Notes: generated by a model from the letters alone, not told the origin. 64,000 bases of DNA from Candidatus Marinacidobacterales bacterium (GCA_965237955.1 OZ250169.1:6976001-7040000), one strand, 5' to 3'. Shown: positions 22,166 to 32,329, numbered from the stretch's first letter. Made by a program: numbers and translations.

Positions 22166-23029
22166 TCAAGAAATCTGGTTTGCGGCGTGGTAGGAGCTTC
22201 GCACTAGTGGACCCGCCTCCACGTGGCGGAAGCCGATCGCACGGCCTCTATCTGCCAGCTCACGGAACTCGTCGGGATGAACGAAACGCTCTACCCGCAG
22301 GTGCTCTTTCGTCGGCTGCAGGTACTGGCCGATGGTGAACACGTCGACACCGGCGTCGTCGACGAGCTCGCGCATGACCGCTTCAACTTCGTCGAGGCTT
22401 TCGCCGAGCCCAAGCATGATGCCCGTCTTGCTGACGATGTCGTTTCTGATTTCCTTCACCCGCCTCAAGAGCTCGACCGATTGCGCAAAACTCGCTCCCG
22501 GGCGGACGTGCCGGTAGAGCCTGGGCACGGTCTCGATGTTGTGGTTCAAAATTTCGGGCCGCGCGCCCAAGACGGTCTGGAGTGAGGCGCGTGAGCCCTT
22601 GAAGTCGGGAATCAACACTTCGATCCTCGTATCCGGCATGCGCTCTCGTACGGCTTCGATCGTTCTCGCGAACATCACCGCTCCGCCGTCGGGAAGCTCG
22701 TCCCGATTCACCGATGTGATGACGGCGTGGGTCAAACCCATGGCCTCGACCGCATCGGCGACACGCCGCGGCTCGTCCTGATCGAGAACCTGTGGAAGCC
22801 CGGTCTTGACGGCGCAGAACCCGCACGATCGCGTGCACACGTCGCCCAGGATCATGAACGTCGCCGTCCCCTGTCCCCAACACTCGGCGACGTTCGGGCA
22901 TCGCGCCTCTTCACACACGGTGTGCAGGCCCTTGTCCCGCATGATGCCCTTCAGGCGAAAGTAGTCGTCGCCGGTGGGAAGGCGTACTTTCAGCCAATCG
23001 GGTCGCGGGGAGCGCGTCATCGTCGCCAT
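22166..23029 (-). CDS. lipA: Lipoyl synthase
   Basis: CEEARCPNVAEC, CTRSCGFC, RSSYHA. Confidence 0.97.
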   Translation of the reverse strand: MATMTRSPRPDWLKVRLPTGDDYFRLKGIMRDKGLHTVCEEARCPNVAECWGQGTATFMILGDVCTRSCGFCAVKTGLPQVLDQDEPRRVADAVEAMGLTHAVITSVNRDELPDGGAVMFARTIEAVRERMPDTRIEVLIPDFKGSRASLQTVLGARPEILNHNIETVPRLYRHVRPGASFAQSVELLRRVKEIRNDIVSKTGIMLGLGESLDEVEAVMRELVDDAGVDVFTIGQYLQPTKEHLRVERFVHPDEFRELADRGRAIGFRHVEAGPLVRSSYHAANQIS

Positions 23030-23041
23030 GGATGTAGCCTA

Positions 23042-24367
23042 CTACAAGATCTTCTCGTCCCAGTCCTCGAGCCGCTGCTTCAAATCGGCCATGAACTGAT
23101 CGGCGAGTGCACCGTCGATGAGCCGGTGATCGAACGACAGCGCGAGGTACACCATGGAGCGCACCCCGATGCCGTCGTTGACGACGACCGGCCGCTTGTG
23201 AATCCCGCCGAGAGCGAGGATCGCAACTTGCGGTTGGTTGATGATGGGCGTTCCGAAGAGTCCGCCGAACACACCGGGGTTCGTGATCGTGAACGTTCCG
23301 CCTTGAACGTCGGCGGGCATCAACTTCTTCGTGCGCGCACGCTCGCCGATGTCGTTGACGGCACGAGCGAGGCCGAGAAAGCTTTTCTCGTCCGCATGGT
23401 GGATGACGGGAACGATGAGCCCGCCGTCGAGCGCGACCGCGATGCCGAGGTTTTTGTCCTTGTGGTAGACGATGGAGTCGCCGTCGATCGATGCATTGAA
23501 AATCGGAAACGCTTTCAGCGACGACAAAACCGCGTGCACGAAGAAAGGTGTATAGGTGAGCTTGACGCCGTCCCGTTGAAAAGCGGCCTTGTACTCGGCT
23601 CGCTGGGCGACGATGCGGCTCACGTCGGCTTCGAACACGGTGGTGACATGCGCCGAGGTCTGCTGCGACACCACCATGTGCTCCGCGATGGACTTCCGCA
23701 TCTTGCTCATGGGCTCGACGTGGACACGTGATTCGTGCGCGGACGCCGGCGCGGCAGGCGGAGGCGATGCTGCCGGCGGCCCAGATTGAGGAGCGGCGGG
23801 CGGCGCGGGAGGTGCCGGTGTCGGGACAACCCCCATAGGCGCCGCTGGCGGGGCGGGTGGAGCCTCGACAAACTTCAAAACGTCTTGCTTGGTGACGCGC
23901 CCACCGCGTCCGGTGCCCGTCAGACGAGAGAGGTCGATGCCGTGCTCGCGCGCCATCTTGCGCACTAGCGGCGAGCTGCGGAGGCCCGGTTGGGGATGTT
24001 GGGCCGGTTGAGGACGTTCGGGATGTTCCGGGGGCGAAGTATCAGTCCGAGGCTCCGGGGCAGCACCCGGTGGCGACGACGACCGAGCAGGGGTTGGCGG
24101 CGACGGAGGAGAAGGAGTGGTCGCCTCTTTGACTTCCCCACCGATGACTCCGATGACGGTATTAATGGGAACGGTCTCGCCTTCCTGCACTTTGATCTCG
24201 GACAACACCCCGGACGTCGGCGCGGGGATCTCCGTGTCCACTTTGTCGGTGGAAATCTCGAGGAGCGGCTCGTCACGCTCGACGGTATCGCCTACTTTCT
24301 TGAACCATTTGGTGACCGTTCCCTCGGCGATGCTCTCACCCATTTGCGGCATGATCACGTCAGTCAT
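23042..24367 (-). CDS. 2-oxoacid dehydrogenase E2 (dihydrolipoamide acyltransferase)
   Basis: Lipoyl domain STDKVD, peripheral subunit-binding SPLVRKMA, catalytic FDHRLIDG. Confidence 0.95.
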   Translation of the reverse strand: MTDVIMPQMGESIAEGTVTKWFKKVGDTVERDEPLLEISTDKVDTEIPAPTSGVLSEIKVQEGETVPINTVIGVIGGEVKEATTPSPPSPPTPARSSSPPGAAPEPRTDTSPPEHPERPQPAQHPQPGLRSSPLVRKMAREHGIDLSRLTGTGRGGRVTKQDVLKFVEAPPAPPAAPMGVVPTPAPPAPPAAPQSGPPAASPPPAAPASAHESRVHVEPMSKMRKSIAEHMVVSQQTSAHVTTVFEADVSRIVAQRAEYKAAFQRDGVKLTYTPFFVHAVLSSLKAFPIFNASIDGDSIVYHKDKNLGIAVALDGGLIVPVIHHADEKSFLGLARAVNDIGERARTKKLMPADVQGGTFTITNPGVFGGLFGTPIINQPQVAILALGGIHKRPVVVNDGIGVRSMVYLALSFDHRLIDGALADQFMADLKQRLEDWDEKIL

Positions 24368-24397
24368 GAAACCGTCTTCCTTCTTCTAGATCCCCAT

Positions 24398-25381
24398 TCA
24401 ATACGCGTGGAGCGTCCGCGCTGCTCGCACCACGTCCTCGGGTTGGGGGATGAACGCATCTTCCAGTGATGCAGCATAAGGGACCGGAGTGTCGGGCGCG
24501 GTCACGCGCACGATGGGCCCGTCCAAATCGTCGAAAGCTTCTTCGGCGATGATTGCCGCGACCTCGCCCGCCATACCGCCGGTACGCGTGTCTTCGTGGA
24601 GGAGCATCACTTTGTTCACTCGGCGCACGGCGTCGAGAATACACTCTTGATCGAGCGGTACGAGACTTCGCAGATCGATGACCTCGAGCTCGATACCTTC
24701 GCCCGCCAACGTCTCCGCGGCCTCGAGCGCCGTGTACAACATCGCGCCATAGGTGATGAGCACGATGTGCTTCCCGCGCCGTTTCACCGCGGCCTTCCCG
24801 ATGGGCACGATGTCGTCTGCGGCGGCGAGCTCGGACTCGGGCACTTTGATATGCCGATAGAGCTTCTTGTGCTCGAGATAGAGCACCGGGTCTTCGTCGC
24901 GGATCGCGGCTTTCATGAGACCGCGCGCGTCGGCAACCGTCGCCGGGGTCACCACTTTGATGCCTGGCGTGTGGACGAAGTGCATTTCGGGATTCTGCGA
25001 ATGGAACGGGCCCGCTCGAACCCCGCCTCCCGACGGCCCTCGCAGAACGATGGGAACGCCGGCGCCCCAGCGGTAGCGGCTCTTCGCGGCGAAGTTCGTG
25101 ATCATGTTGAACGCGTTCGCGATGAAATCGATGAACTGGAACTCGACGATCGGGCGGAGCCCGTTGAAAGCGGCGCCGATGGCGACGCCGGTGTACCCCT
25201 CCTCGCTGATGGGGGTATCGATGACGCGCTCGGGACCGAACTGTTCGAGAAACCCCGCGGTGACTTTGAACGCGCCGCCGTAGAGGCCGATGTCTTCGCC
25301 GAGGAGCACGATGTTCTTGTCACGCTCCATCTCGTCCCACATCGCTTGGCGTATGGCTTCGAGGTAGGTGATTTCGGACAT
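24398..25381 (-). CDS. 2-oxoacid dehydrogenase E1 beta subunit
   Basis: GEDIG, DTPISE, EFQFIDF, GPFHSQ, IDLRSLVPLD. Confidence 0.95.
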   Translation of the reverse strand: MSEITYLEAIRQAMWDEMERDKNIVLLGEDIGLYGGAFKVTAGFLEQFGPERVIDTPISEEGYTGVAIGAAFNGLRPIVEFQFIDFIANAFNMITNFAAKSRYRWGAGVPIVLRGPSGGGVRAGPFHSQNPEMHFVHTPGIKVVTPATVADARGLMKAAIRDEDPVLYLEHKKLYRHIKVPESELAAADDIVPIGKAAVKRRGKHIVLITYGAMLYTALEAAETLAGEGIELEVIDLRSLVPLDQECILDAVRRVNKVMLLHEDTRTGGMAGEVAAIIAEEAFDDLDGPIVRVTAPDTPVPYAASLEDAFIPQPEDVVRAARTLHAY

Positions 25382-25409
25382 ATCGTGCTCGGGCTCTAGT
25401 ATTAGCTGG

Positions 25410-26390
25410 TTAGAGCGGTGCGTAGAGACCTTCCTCGAGTCGTTCGACGTCTGCGGGCGCCGCACCGTCGGCAGCACGCAACGCATCGGATACGGATTCT
25501 TCGGCGCGCGCGACGAGTGTCGAGCGGTCGGCCTCCGAAAGCCAGTCTTGCTGGAGTAGAAACTTCTCGAACCGCCACGCGGGATCGTTGTCGACGTCCT
25601 TCGCTTCTTCGCCACCGTCGGAGTCGAGCCGTCCCACATCCCCGAACGGCGCGGGCACCGCGCTCTCGTTTCCGAAATAGCGCCGCGAGCTTCGTAACAC
25701 CGCTTCGATCAACGTCGGACCATCGCCAGCCTGGGCACGAGCCATCGCGGTCTCCACGACTTGGACCACTTGCAGCAAATCGCTTCCGTCCACGGGAAGC
25801 GAAGCGAGCCCGTAGCCTTTGGCGCGTTCGTAGAGCTGCGCGACTTCGGAGCCTTCGCCCGACGCGGGGTAGCGGACGACGATGATGATGAGCGGGCACT
25901 TCGAAACAGCCGCGAAGTTGACGCCTTCGTGGAAGTCTCCGGTCGCGACCGCCTCTTCGGGCACGAGCGCGAGCGCGACGCGCTCTTGGTTCTGCACGCG
26001 GTAAGCGAAGGCCATACCCGCCATGACGCTCACGTGCGTCGCCGTGTGGCCGGTGGTCGCCACGAGACCGCGGGACAGATCGCCAAAGTAGCGAAGCCCT
26101 TCGCGGCCCCTGCTCGGTCCTGCCTCCTTGCCGAGAAACTGCAGCACGATCTCTTCCGGCTTGACGCCTCTGAGCAACAACGCCCCGACGGTCGGAAGCG
26201 ACGATGCGAGCGCGTCTTTGGGAGTCGGCACGAACGATGCGCCCACACTGATGGCCTCGAGGCCGGTGCGAAGCCCGAGCGGCGTCGTGAGCTCGTTTTC
26301 GCGATGGAGCCGAACGAGAGCTTCTTCGAGCCGCCGGGTGAGCACCATGTAGTACAGGAGCTCTTGAAGCTGGCGTTTACCCAAACGCAT
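25410..26390 (-). CDS. E1 alpha-like subunit with a degenerate ThDP-binding motif
   Basis: E1a fold by sequence (GLEAISVG, GDFHEGVNFAAV, VDGSD, GPTLIEA) and operon position. Confidence 0.85.
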   Translation of the reverse strand: MRLGKRQLQELLYYMVLTRRLEEALVRLHRENELTTPLGLRTGLEAISVGASFVPTPKDALASSLPTVGALLLRGVKPEEIVLQFLGKEAGPSRGREGLRYFGDLSRGLVATTGHTATHVSVMAGMAFAYRVQNQERVALALVPEEAVATGDFHEGVNFAAVSKCPLIIIVVRYPASGEGSEVAQLYERAKGYGLASLPVDGSDLLQVVQVVETAMARAQAGDGPTLIEAVLRSSRRYFGNESAVPAPFGDVGRLDSDGGEEAKDVDNDPAWRFEKFLLQQDWLSEADRSTLVARAEESVSDALRAADGAAPADVERLEEGLYAPL

Positions 26391-27073
26391 TAGCGCGCGA
26401 ACACCTCGAGATCGGCTTCGTGGGCCTCTCTGACGTCTCGGTCGAAGATACGCGCAAAGGCGCTTGAGGCGGCGTCTCTGACCGGACCACGCGCAACCGG
26501 TTCTTCTAGAAGATTTTCCATGGAACTTACTGTGCGCCCGAAGATACCACAGGGAACGATGTGTTTGAAATATTCGAGATCGGTAGCGACGTTGAGCGCA
26601 AAGCCGTGGGACGTGACCCAGCGCGAGACGCGAACGCCAATGGCGGCGAGTTTGCCACGTGGGTGCCAAACACCTGTCAGTCCCTCCTCGCGCGTCGCTT
26701 GGATATCGAACTCGCGGACGGCGTCGATGAGAAGCGCTTCGAGCGCTCGAAGATATTCGTGGACATCCGTCTTCCACGACTTCAGGTCGACGATGGGATA
26801 TCCGACGAGCTGGCCGGGGCCGTGGAACGTGACGTCACCACCGCGGTCGGTTTCGATCACCGAAGCCTCGAGTTTGTCCAGGGTTGCCGCGTCGACGAGG
26901 AGATGTTCCCGCCGCGCGCTCCGACCCAACGTGTACGTCGGAGGGTGCTCGACGAAAACGAGGACGTCGGGTACGCGCCCCTCCTGCCGGGCGGCGACGA
27001 GACGTCTTTGGAGCGCGAGCGCTTCCTCGTAGCCGCGGCGGCCGAGATCGACTTGCCAGCAGGGCTCAGACAT
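26390..27073 (-). CDS. lipB: Octanoyltransferase
   Basis: EHPPTYTLG, RGGDVTFHGPGQLVGYP, KLAAIG, HGFALN, IVPCG. Confidence 0.95.
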   Translation of the reverse strand: MSEPCWQVDLGRRGYEEALALQRRLVAARQEGRVPDVLVFVEHPPTYTLGRSARREHLLVDAATLDKLEASVIETDRGGDVTFHGPGQLVGYPIVDLKSWKTDVHEYLRALEALLIDAVREFDIQATREEGLTGVWHPRGKLAAIGVRVSRWVTSHGFALNVATDLEYFKHIVPCGIFGRTVSSMENLLEEPVARGPVRDAASSAFARIFDRDVREAHEADLEVFAR

Positions 27074-28487
27074 GGAGCGGCAGCTCGTATGCCCCGTGCG
27101 CCGCTTCGGCAACGGCTTCGGAAAGAGTGGGGTGCGCGTGCACCGCATGCATCAGAGATTCGGCGGTGGCCTCGTGCTCGAGCGCCACGACCGCTTCGGC
27201 GATGAGATCGGTGGCGTGAGGTCCGATGATGTGGACGCCGAGAAGCTCTCCGTATTTCGATTCGCTCACGACTTTCACGAAGCCCTCGTTGTCGCCGAGG
27301 ATGGTGGCTTTCGGGCTCGCCGCGAAGGGGAACTTGCCGACCTTGACCTCGTAGCCTTTGTCGTTGGCGCTCTCAATGGCGGCGGCTTCGGTTAGACCGA
27401 CGCTCGCGACTTCGGGCGTGCAATACGTGGCGCCCGGCATGTGCAGGTAGTTCAAAGGCTCAACCGAACGACCCGCAATACGCTCGACGGCGAGGATACC
27501 TTCGGCCGATGCCACATGAGCGAGCTGTTGCGTCGCGACGATGTCGCCGATGGCATAGATTCCTTTCGCCGTCGTCTCCATGAACTCGTCGACGACGACG
27601 TTGCCTCGCTCGAGCTTGGCCCCGACTTGTTCGAGACCGATGTTCTCGGTGCGTGCCTTCCTCCCGACAGCGACGAGGAGCTTGGTCACGTTGCGTGTGT
27701 CCTTCGTGCCATCGGGGCGTGTGAACTGGACGTCGACACCCGAGCCGTCGCTCGCCACATTTACGCCATCGACTCTCGTTTCCGTCAACGTCTCGATGCC
27801 GCGCTTCGTGAACGATTTGTAGAGCTCATCGGAGATTTCCTCGTCTTCGACGGGCACGACTCTCGGCAAGACCTCGATGACGACGACTTTCGTGCCGAAG
27901 CTATGGAACATGGAGGCGAACTCGACGCCGACGGCGCCAGCGCCGATGACGCCGATGCTCTCCGGCTGCGCTGGCAGCGCGAGCATCTCGGTGTTGGACA
28001 CGACCGTCTGACCGTCCATAGGAACGTTTGGTATGGACCTCGGCTCGGAGCCGGTCGCCACGATAATGTTCGTGGCGGCGACGGTCTTCACACCCTCTTC
28101 CGTCTGGACTTCCAGTTTCCCCGCTCCCGCGATCCGTCCGAAGCCTGTGAGCGTCTCGACGTTGTTCTTTCGGAAGAGGTACGCCACGCCGCCGGCGTTT
28201 TTCTTGATGATCCGGTTCTTCCGCTTCATCAACGCGGGCCAGTCGAGCCGAAGTCCCTCCACGATGACACCCTGGTCGCCCGCCCGCCGTAACCGATCCA
28301 GGAGCTCCGCCGTGTAGAGGAAGACTTTGCTCGGAATGCACCCGACGTGAAGGCATGTGCCGCCGAAATACGGGTCTTTCTCGACCACGAGGGTCTTCAG
28401 GCCCAGTTGCCCGGCGCGGATCGCGGCGACGTAGCCACCGGGGCCGCTTCCGAGAATCGCAACGTCGTAGCCTGTCTCGTTCGCCAT
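27066..28487 (-). CDS. lpdA: Dihydrolipoamide dehydrogenase (E3)
   Basis: GSGPGG, GGTCLHVGCIPSK, HAHPTLSE. Confidence 0.97.
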   Translation of the reverse strand: MANETGYDVAILGSGPGGYVAAIRAGQLGLKTLVVEKDPYFGGTCLHVGCIPSKVFLYTAELLDRLRRAGDQGVIVEGLRLDWPALMKRKNRIIKKNAGGVAYLFRKNNVETLTGFGRIAGAGKLEVQTEEGVKTVAATNIIVATGSEPRSIPNVPMDGQTVVSNTEMLALPAQPESIGVIGAGAVGVEFASMFHSFGTKVVVIEVLPRVVPVEDEEISDELYKSFTKRGIETLTETRVDGVNVASDGSGVDVQFTRPDGTKDTRNVTKLLVAVGRKARTENIGLEQVGAKLERGNVVVDEFMETTAKGIYAIGDIVATQQLAHVASAEGILAVERIAGRSVEPLNYLHMPGATYCTPEVASVGLTEAAAIESANDKGYEVKVGKFPFAASPKATILGDNEGFVKVVSESKYGELLGVHIIGPHATDLIAEAVVALEHEATAESLMHAVHAHPTLSEAVAEAAHGAYELPLHV

Positions 28488-28869
28488 CGTTCCTCTTCTG
28501 GCCTTTTGGCCCTACTACGGAGCTTTCTTATTTTGTTCGCACGCCGAGCACGCTCCAGCACGGGTGCAACCTCGCAACTAACTGCGAGTCAATCATTTAC
28601 ACCAACCTAATCAGCTCGCGCGAGCGCCAAAGTGTATCGCGCCTGGGGCGACGAGGCAAATAAATCGTTGAGAAGTAGGCCCGTTATTTTGAGGCTCGGG
28701 GAGCCCTGCGTGATAAACTAACCGAGTAAGGCTCGCCCAGTGGCATCTATTGAGTTTTATTAGGCTTATACGGATCGCTCGTCAAACCATCCCCGACACA
28801 GATGTCCTCACAGTGTTGCCGCGAACCGCAATCCTTACTTGGACCTCCATAAAGCGGTGTTGAGCTCGG

Positions 28870-29622
28870 ATGGCAAAAAAAGCCAAAAAGAAGGTTTCGG
28901 CACGAAGCCGCGCTAAAGCGAAGAAGAAGAAGAAGGCAATGGCGGTCAAGAGAGCGGTCAAGAAGCGTTCTTCCAAGGCAGGGAAGAAGAAGTCCGCAGC
29001 GCGGAGGAGTGCCTCGAGGCCGAAGCCCAGAACCTCGAAGAAAAAACAGGTCAAGGCAGCCAAGACAGCCAAGACAGCCAAGGCCAAGACAGGACGACGG
29101 CCGGTGCCGATTCGCGCCAGAAGGGTCGCGAAGCCAGCCCCGGTCGAACAGACGCCCGCTCTCGTACCAGTTCCCTTGCCCGAAGGGGTTCGCCCGCAGC
29201 GGAGCGGCGAGTCCAACGAGCGCTCCGCCCATCTCGACAAGCTCAAGCAGATGTTCGATGCAGCCCCGATCAGCCACCACCTGGGTATGGCCCTCGGATA
29301 CTGCGAGAACGGTGTCGCTCGCGTGCGCCTTCCGTTCCGCAAGGAGTTCGAAGAGGGCCACGGTGTCATCCATGGAGGACTCATCGGCCTTTTGGCCGAT
29401 ACCGCTGGGAACTTCTCCGTCGGCTCGGTGTCTCCCGGCTCGACCGTGAAAACCGTCGAGTTCAAGCTCAGCCTGCTCACCAGCGTTCAGGGTGACCTTC
29501 TCGCCATCGGCGAGGTGGTTCGCAAGGGCCGAACCCTGGCGACGTGCCGGCTCGAGGTCGTCGAAGGCAACGACCGCGTCGTCGCCATCGGCCTCGCAAC
29601 CTACGCGCTCCAAGCGGTGTAG
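28870..29622 (+). CDS. PaaI/hotdog thioesterase with a Lys/Ala/Arg-rich histone-H1-like N-terminus
   Basis: About 85 aa of K/A/R-rich sequence, then GVIHGGLIGLLADTA, TVEFKLSLL, VVRKGRT. Confidence 0.85.
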   Translation: MAKKAKKKVSARSRAKAKKKKKAMAVKRAVKKRSSKAGKKKSAARRSASRPKPRTSKKKQVKAAKTAKTAKAKTGRRPVPIRARRVAKPAPVEQTPALVPVPLPEGVRPQRSGESNERSAHLDKLKQMFDAAPISHHLGMALGYCENGVARVRLPFRKEFEEGHGVIHGGLIGLLADTAGNFSVGSVSPGSTVKTVEFKLSLLTSVQGDLLAIGEVVRKGRTLATCRLEVVEGNDRVVAIGLATYALQAV

Positions 29623-29654
29623 CCCAGGCAACTCTCCGTTCCCATCGGCAAAGC

Positions 29655-29789
29655 CCTGGTCCCCTGTATCAGAACAAACTAGATAAAGCAGAGCTTGCCG
29701 AAACCCTTCTAAGTGCATGAATCTTATGAATCTTATGGGCTGGCGAAAAGCCTAACTTTGTATAGTAATCAAAGATCCAGGGGACTAGG
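29655..29789. mobile_element. Candidate MITE
   Basis: Terminal inverted repeats CCTGGTCCCCTGTATC / GATCCAGGGGACTAGG (14 of 16 match) around an AT-rich non-coding core. Confidence 0.5.
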
Positions 29790-29817
29790 TATTCGAGCAC
29801 TCCCGTCTCCCGAGCAT

Positions 29818-29880
29818 CCCCTGCCCTTGCCCTTGCCCCTGCCCGTGTGGGGCGGGGCGGGGCGGGACAGGGGCAGGGGA
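29818..29880. terminator. GC hairpin of CCCTG-type repeats between convergent genes
   Basis: CCCCTGCCCTTGCCCTTGCCCCTGCCC pairs imperfectly with GGGCGGGGCGGGGCGGGACAGGGGCAGGGG. Confidence 0.5.
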
Positions 29881-29882
29881 AG

Positions 29883-30803
29883 CTAAGCCGGCTTCGCCGG
29901 CGATCTAGCCTCGGCCTCCACGAAAACGCGCTTCACCCGAGGCAACGACTCCTTCAGTCCTCGATCCAGCTTGGCGATGACGGCCTCGATCTGATCGGCG
30001 GTGGCCGAGTCGACGAACTCGACGCTCAAGTTCACCAGGATGAACTGCGGTCCCATGTGCATCGTCAGGACTTCGTTCACGTGTTGGATCTCGGGCGCGC
30101 TTTCCGCGAGCTCTCGAATACGGTTCACCACTTCGGGGTTGGCGCTCTCACCGATGAGCAAGCTTTTGGTCTCGTAAGCGAGCCAAATCGCGGTGGCCCC
30201 GAGAATCAGCCCGATGACGATGGACGCGGCACCATCGAAGTACACAATGCCGGTCATTTGCGTCAACAACAGGCCGACGAAGGCGACGATTAGCCCCGCC
30301 ATGGCCGCGGAGTCCTCGAACAGCACGACGAACAACGTCGGATCTTTCCCCTCTTGTACGGCGCGGATGTAACCCTTGCGACCCTTGTGCTCCGAGAACT
30401 CCTTTAATGCGAAGCCCCAGGCTCCTCCTTCGAACAGCATGGCGAGACCGAGCACGATATAGTTGACGTGCGGGCTTTCAATGAGCGTGGGATGCAACAC
30501 GTGCCGGGTGCCTTCATAGATCGAAACACCGGCACCCACCGAGAAAATCAGAATCGCAACGATGAAACTCCAAAAGTAAAGCTCTTTCCCGTGGCCGAAA
30601 GGAAAGTCCTTGTCGGGAGGCCGCTGGGATCGCTTGAGCCCGTACAAGAGCAACATCTGATTGCCAGTATCCACCAGCGAGTGGATTCCCTCGGACATCA
30701 TCGCCGAGCTACTCGTCACCGCCGCGGCGGTGAATTTCGTGATCGCGATCAGAAAATTGCCGATGAGCGCCGCATAGATGACCTTCTTCGATCCCAACGC
30801 CAT
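29883..30803 (-). CDS. Cation diffusion facilitator (CDF) transporter
   Basis: SEGIHSLVDTGNQ, FPFGHGKE, LFEDSAA, TMHMGP; multiple transmembrane helices. Confidence 0.92.
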   Translation of the reverse strand: MALGSKKVIYAALIGNFLIAITKFTAAAVTSSSAMMSEGIHSLVDTGNQMLLLYGLKRSQRPPDKDFPFGHGKELYFWSFIVAILIFSVGAGVSIYEGTRHVLHPTLIESPHVNYIVLGLAMLFEGGAWGFALKEFSEHKGRKGYIRAVQEGKDPTLFVVLFEDSAAMAGLIVAFVGLLLTQMTGIVYFDGAASIVIGLILGATAIWLAYETKSLLIGESANPEVVNRIRELAESAPEIQHVNEVLTMHMGPQFILVNLSVEFVDSATADQIEAVIAKLDRGLKESLPRVKRVFVEAEARSPAKPA

Positions 30804-30812
30804 ATCAACACG

Positions 30813-31589
30813 TCAGGTCGCTGGCCCCGACCCTACGAAACGCCACATTTCCTCGAAGAGCTTTTCTTTGTTCGCCGTCAATCGATGATCACCACCCGCG
30901 ATCTCGACGAGCTCGACATGCTCGAGGCGCTCGGCAAAGCGGCGCGAGAGTTGGCACGGCACCACTTCGTCGTCCGATCCATGCAAAATCAGACTGGGGG
31001 TCTTGAGTCGGCGCCGGAGGCTTTCCGTGGGGTAGCGCGTCTCGTCCTCCACAAACCCATATCCGAGATCGAAATCGGCGTAGCCGGTATCGAGATGCAG
31101 CACGCCGTCGCGACGCCACTGCTTCGCCTTGTCCGGCCCGAGCGACAGAAGAAGCCGAGCGGCCATCTCGAACGCCGGTGCGATGACCATAACGCGGGTG
31201 ACGATGCCGGGTTTCTGGGCTGCGAACCAAAGCGCGGTCAACCCACCCATCGATGAGCCAATCAAGTGGACGGCGGCGAACGGACCGTCCCGCGACTCGA
31301 TGAAGCTCAGGCCCCGTTCGAGATCGTTGATGTTCCGCGTGCCCGACAGATCGACGAGGTCGCCTTCCGAGTCACCGTGCCCGGTCAGGTCGAGGCTCGC
31401 AAACGCTTCCCCGCGACGCGCAATCTGTCGCGCGAAGTAGAGTGCTTTTTCGCCTCGACGGTTGGAGCTCAACCCGTGAAGAAAAAACCACAACCGTGAG
31501 CTCTTGGTGGCGGGGGGGATGAAATCCAACGCGAGCCGCGCCTCGCCGGCGTCTTTGGGTTCGACCCACTGGGGAGGGCTTTCGCTCAT
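30813..31589 (-). CDS. Alpha/beta hydrolase
   Basis: FLHGLSS, GHGDSEG, GSSMGG, HGSDDEVVP, GGDHRL. Confidence 0.9.
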   Translation of the reverse strand: MSESPPQWVEPKDAGEARLALDFIPPATKSSRLWFFLHGLSSNRRGEKALYFARQIARRGEAFASLDLTGHGDSEGDLVDLSGTRNINDLERGLSFIESRDGPFAAVHLIGSSMGGLTALWFAAQKPGIVTRVMVIAPAFEMAARLLLSLGPDKAKQWRRDGVLHLDTGYADFDLGYGFVEDETRYPTESLRRRLKTPSLILHGSDDEVVPCQLSRRFAERLEHVELVEIAGGDHRLTANKEKLFEEMWRFVGSGPAT

Positions 31590-31633
31590 GTCAGCGGTAA
31601 GTGTAGCTTCCGCGCTCTAGCGCACGCAATGGG

Positions 31634-32329
31634 TCACGAGTCGACGAGATCGCGCGCTTTCTTGAACACCCGGTGGAACATCGACCGAGTGAGCCTTCCG
31701 GTAAACGTGTTCTGTTGGCTCGGGTGGTAGCTGCCGAGAAGCCGCACGCCGCCGGGGAGCTCGGCGTCTGAACCGTGAGCGAACTTGGGCTTCGGCTTAG
31801 GAACGACCCGACCCGACTCGCGCCACGCGGCGAGAAAACCGTCGAACGCGATACGGCCGAGGACAAGGACGACCTTCACATCGGCGAGCGCCTCGAGCTC
31901 GCGCACGAGATAACCGCGACAAGCTTCGATCTCCTGGCGCGTCGGCTTGTTGTCGGGTGGGGCGCAGTGCGCCGTTGCCGTGATGTAGGCGTCTTCGAGC
32001 TTCAAGCCGTCACCGATCGCGGTGGCGTCGGGCTGGCTCGCAAACCCGTGCTCGTGCATCGCCCGGTACAACCAATCGCCGCTTCTGTCACCGGTGAACA
32101 TGCGACCCGTTCGATTGGCCCCATGAGCGGCGGGAGCAAGGCCGACGATGAGCAGGCGCGCCCGTGGATCGCCGAAGGACGGAACCGCTTTCGCCCAGTA
32201 ATCCTCGTCAGCGAAGCGTTTTGTTTTCGTCACCGCGATGCGCTCGCGATGCGCAACCAAGCGAGGGCAGATGCGGCACTGAGTGACTTCGTTCGAGATT
32301 AGCGGTATTCGGTTTTCAGCATTCAGCAT
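31634..32329 (-). CDS. Uracil-DNA glycosylase family 5 (UdgB-like, Fe-S); start uncertain
   Basis: CRICPRL, GLAPAAHGANRTGRMFTGDRSG, HCAPPDNKP, YHPSQQN; the predicted ATG lies in a repeat arm. Confidence 0.92.
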   Translation of the reverse strand: MLNAENRIPLISNEVTQCRICPRLVAHRERIAVTKTKRFADEDYWAKAVPSFGDPRARLLIVGLAPAAHGANRTGRMFTGDRSGDWLYRAMHEHGFASQPDATAIGDGLKLEDAYITATAHCAPPDNKPTRQEIEACRGYLVRELEALADVKVVLVLGRIAFDGFLAAWRESGRVVPKPKPKFAHGSDAELPGGVRLLGSYHPSQQNTFTGRLTRSMFHRVFKKARDLVDS

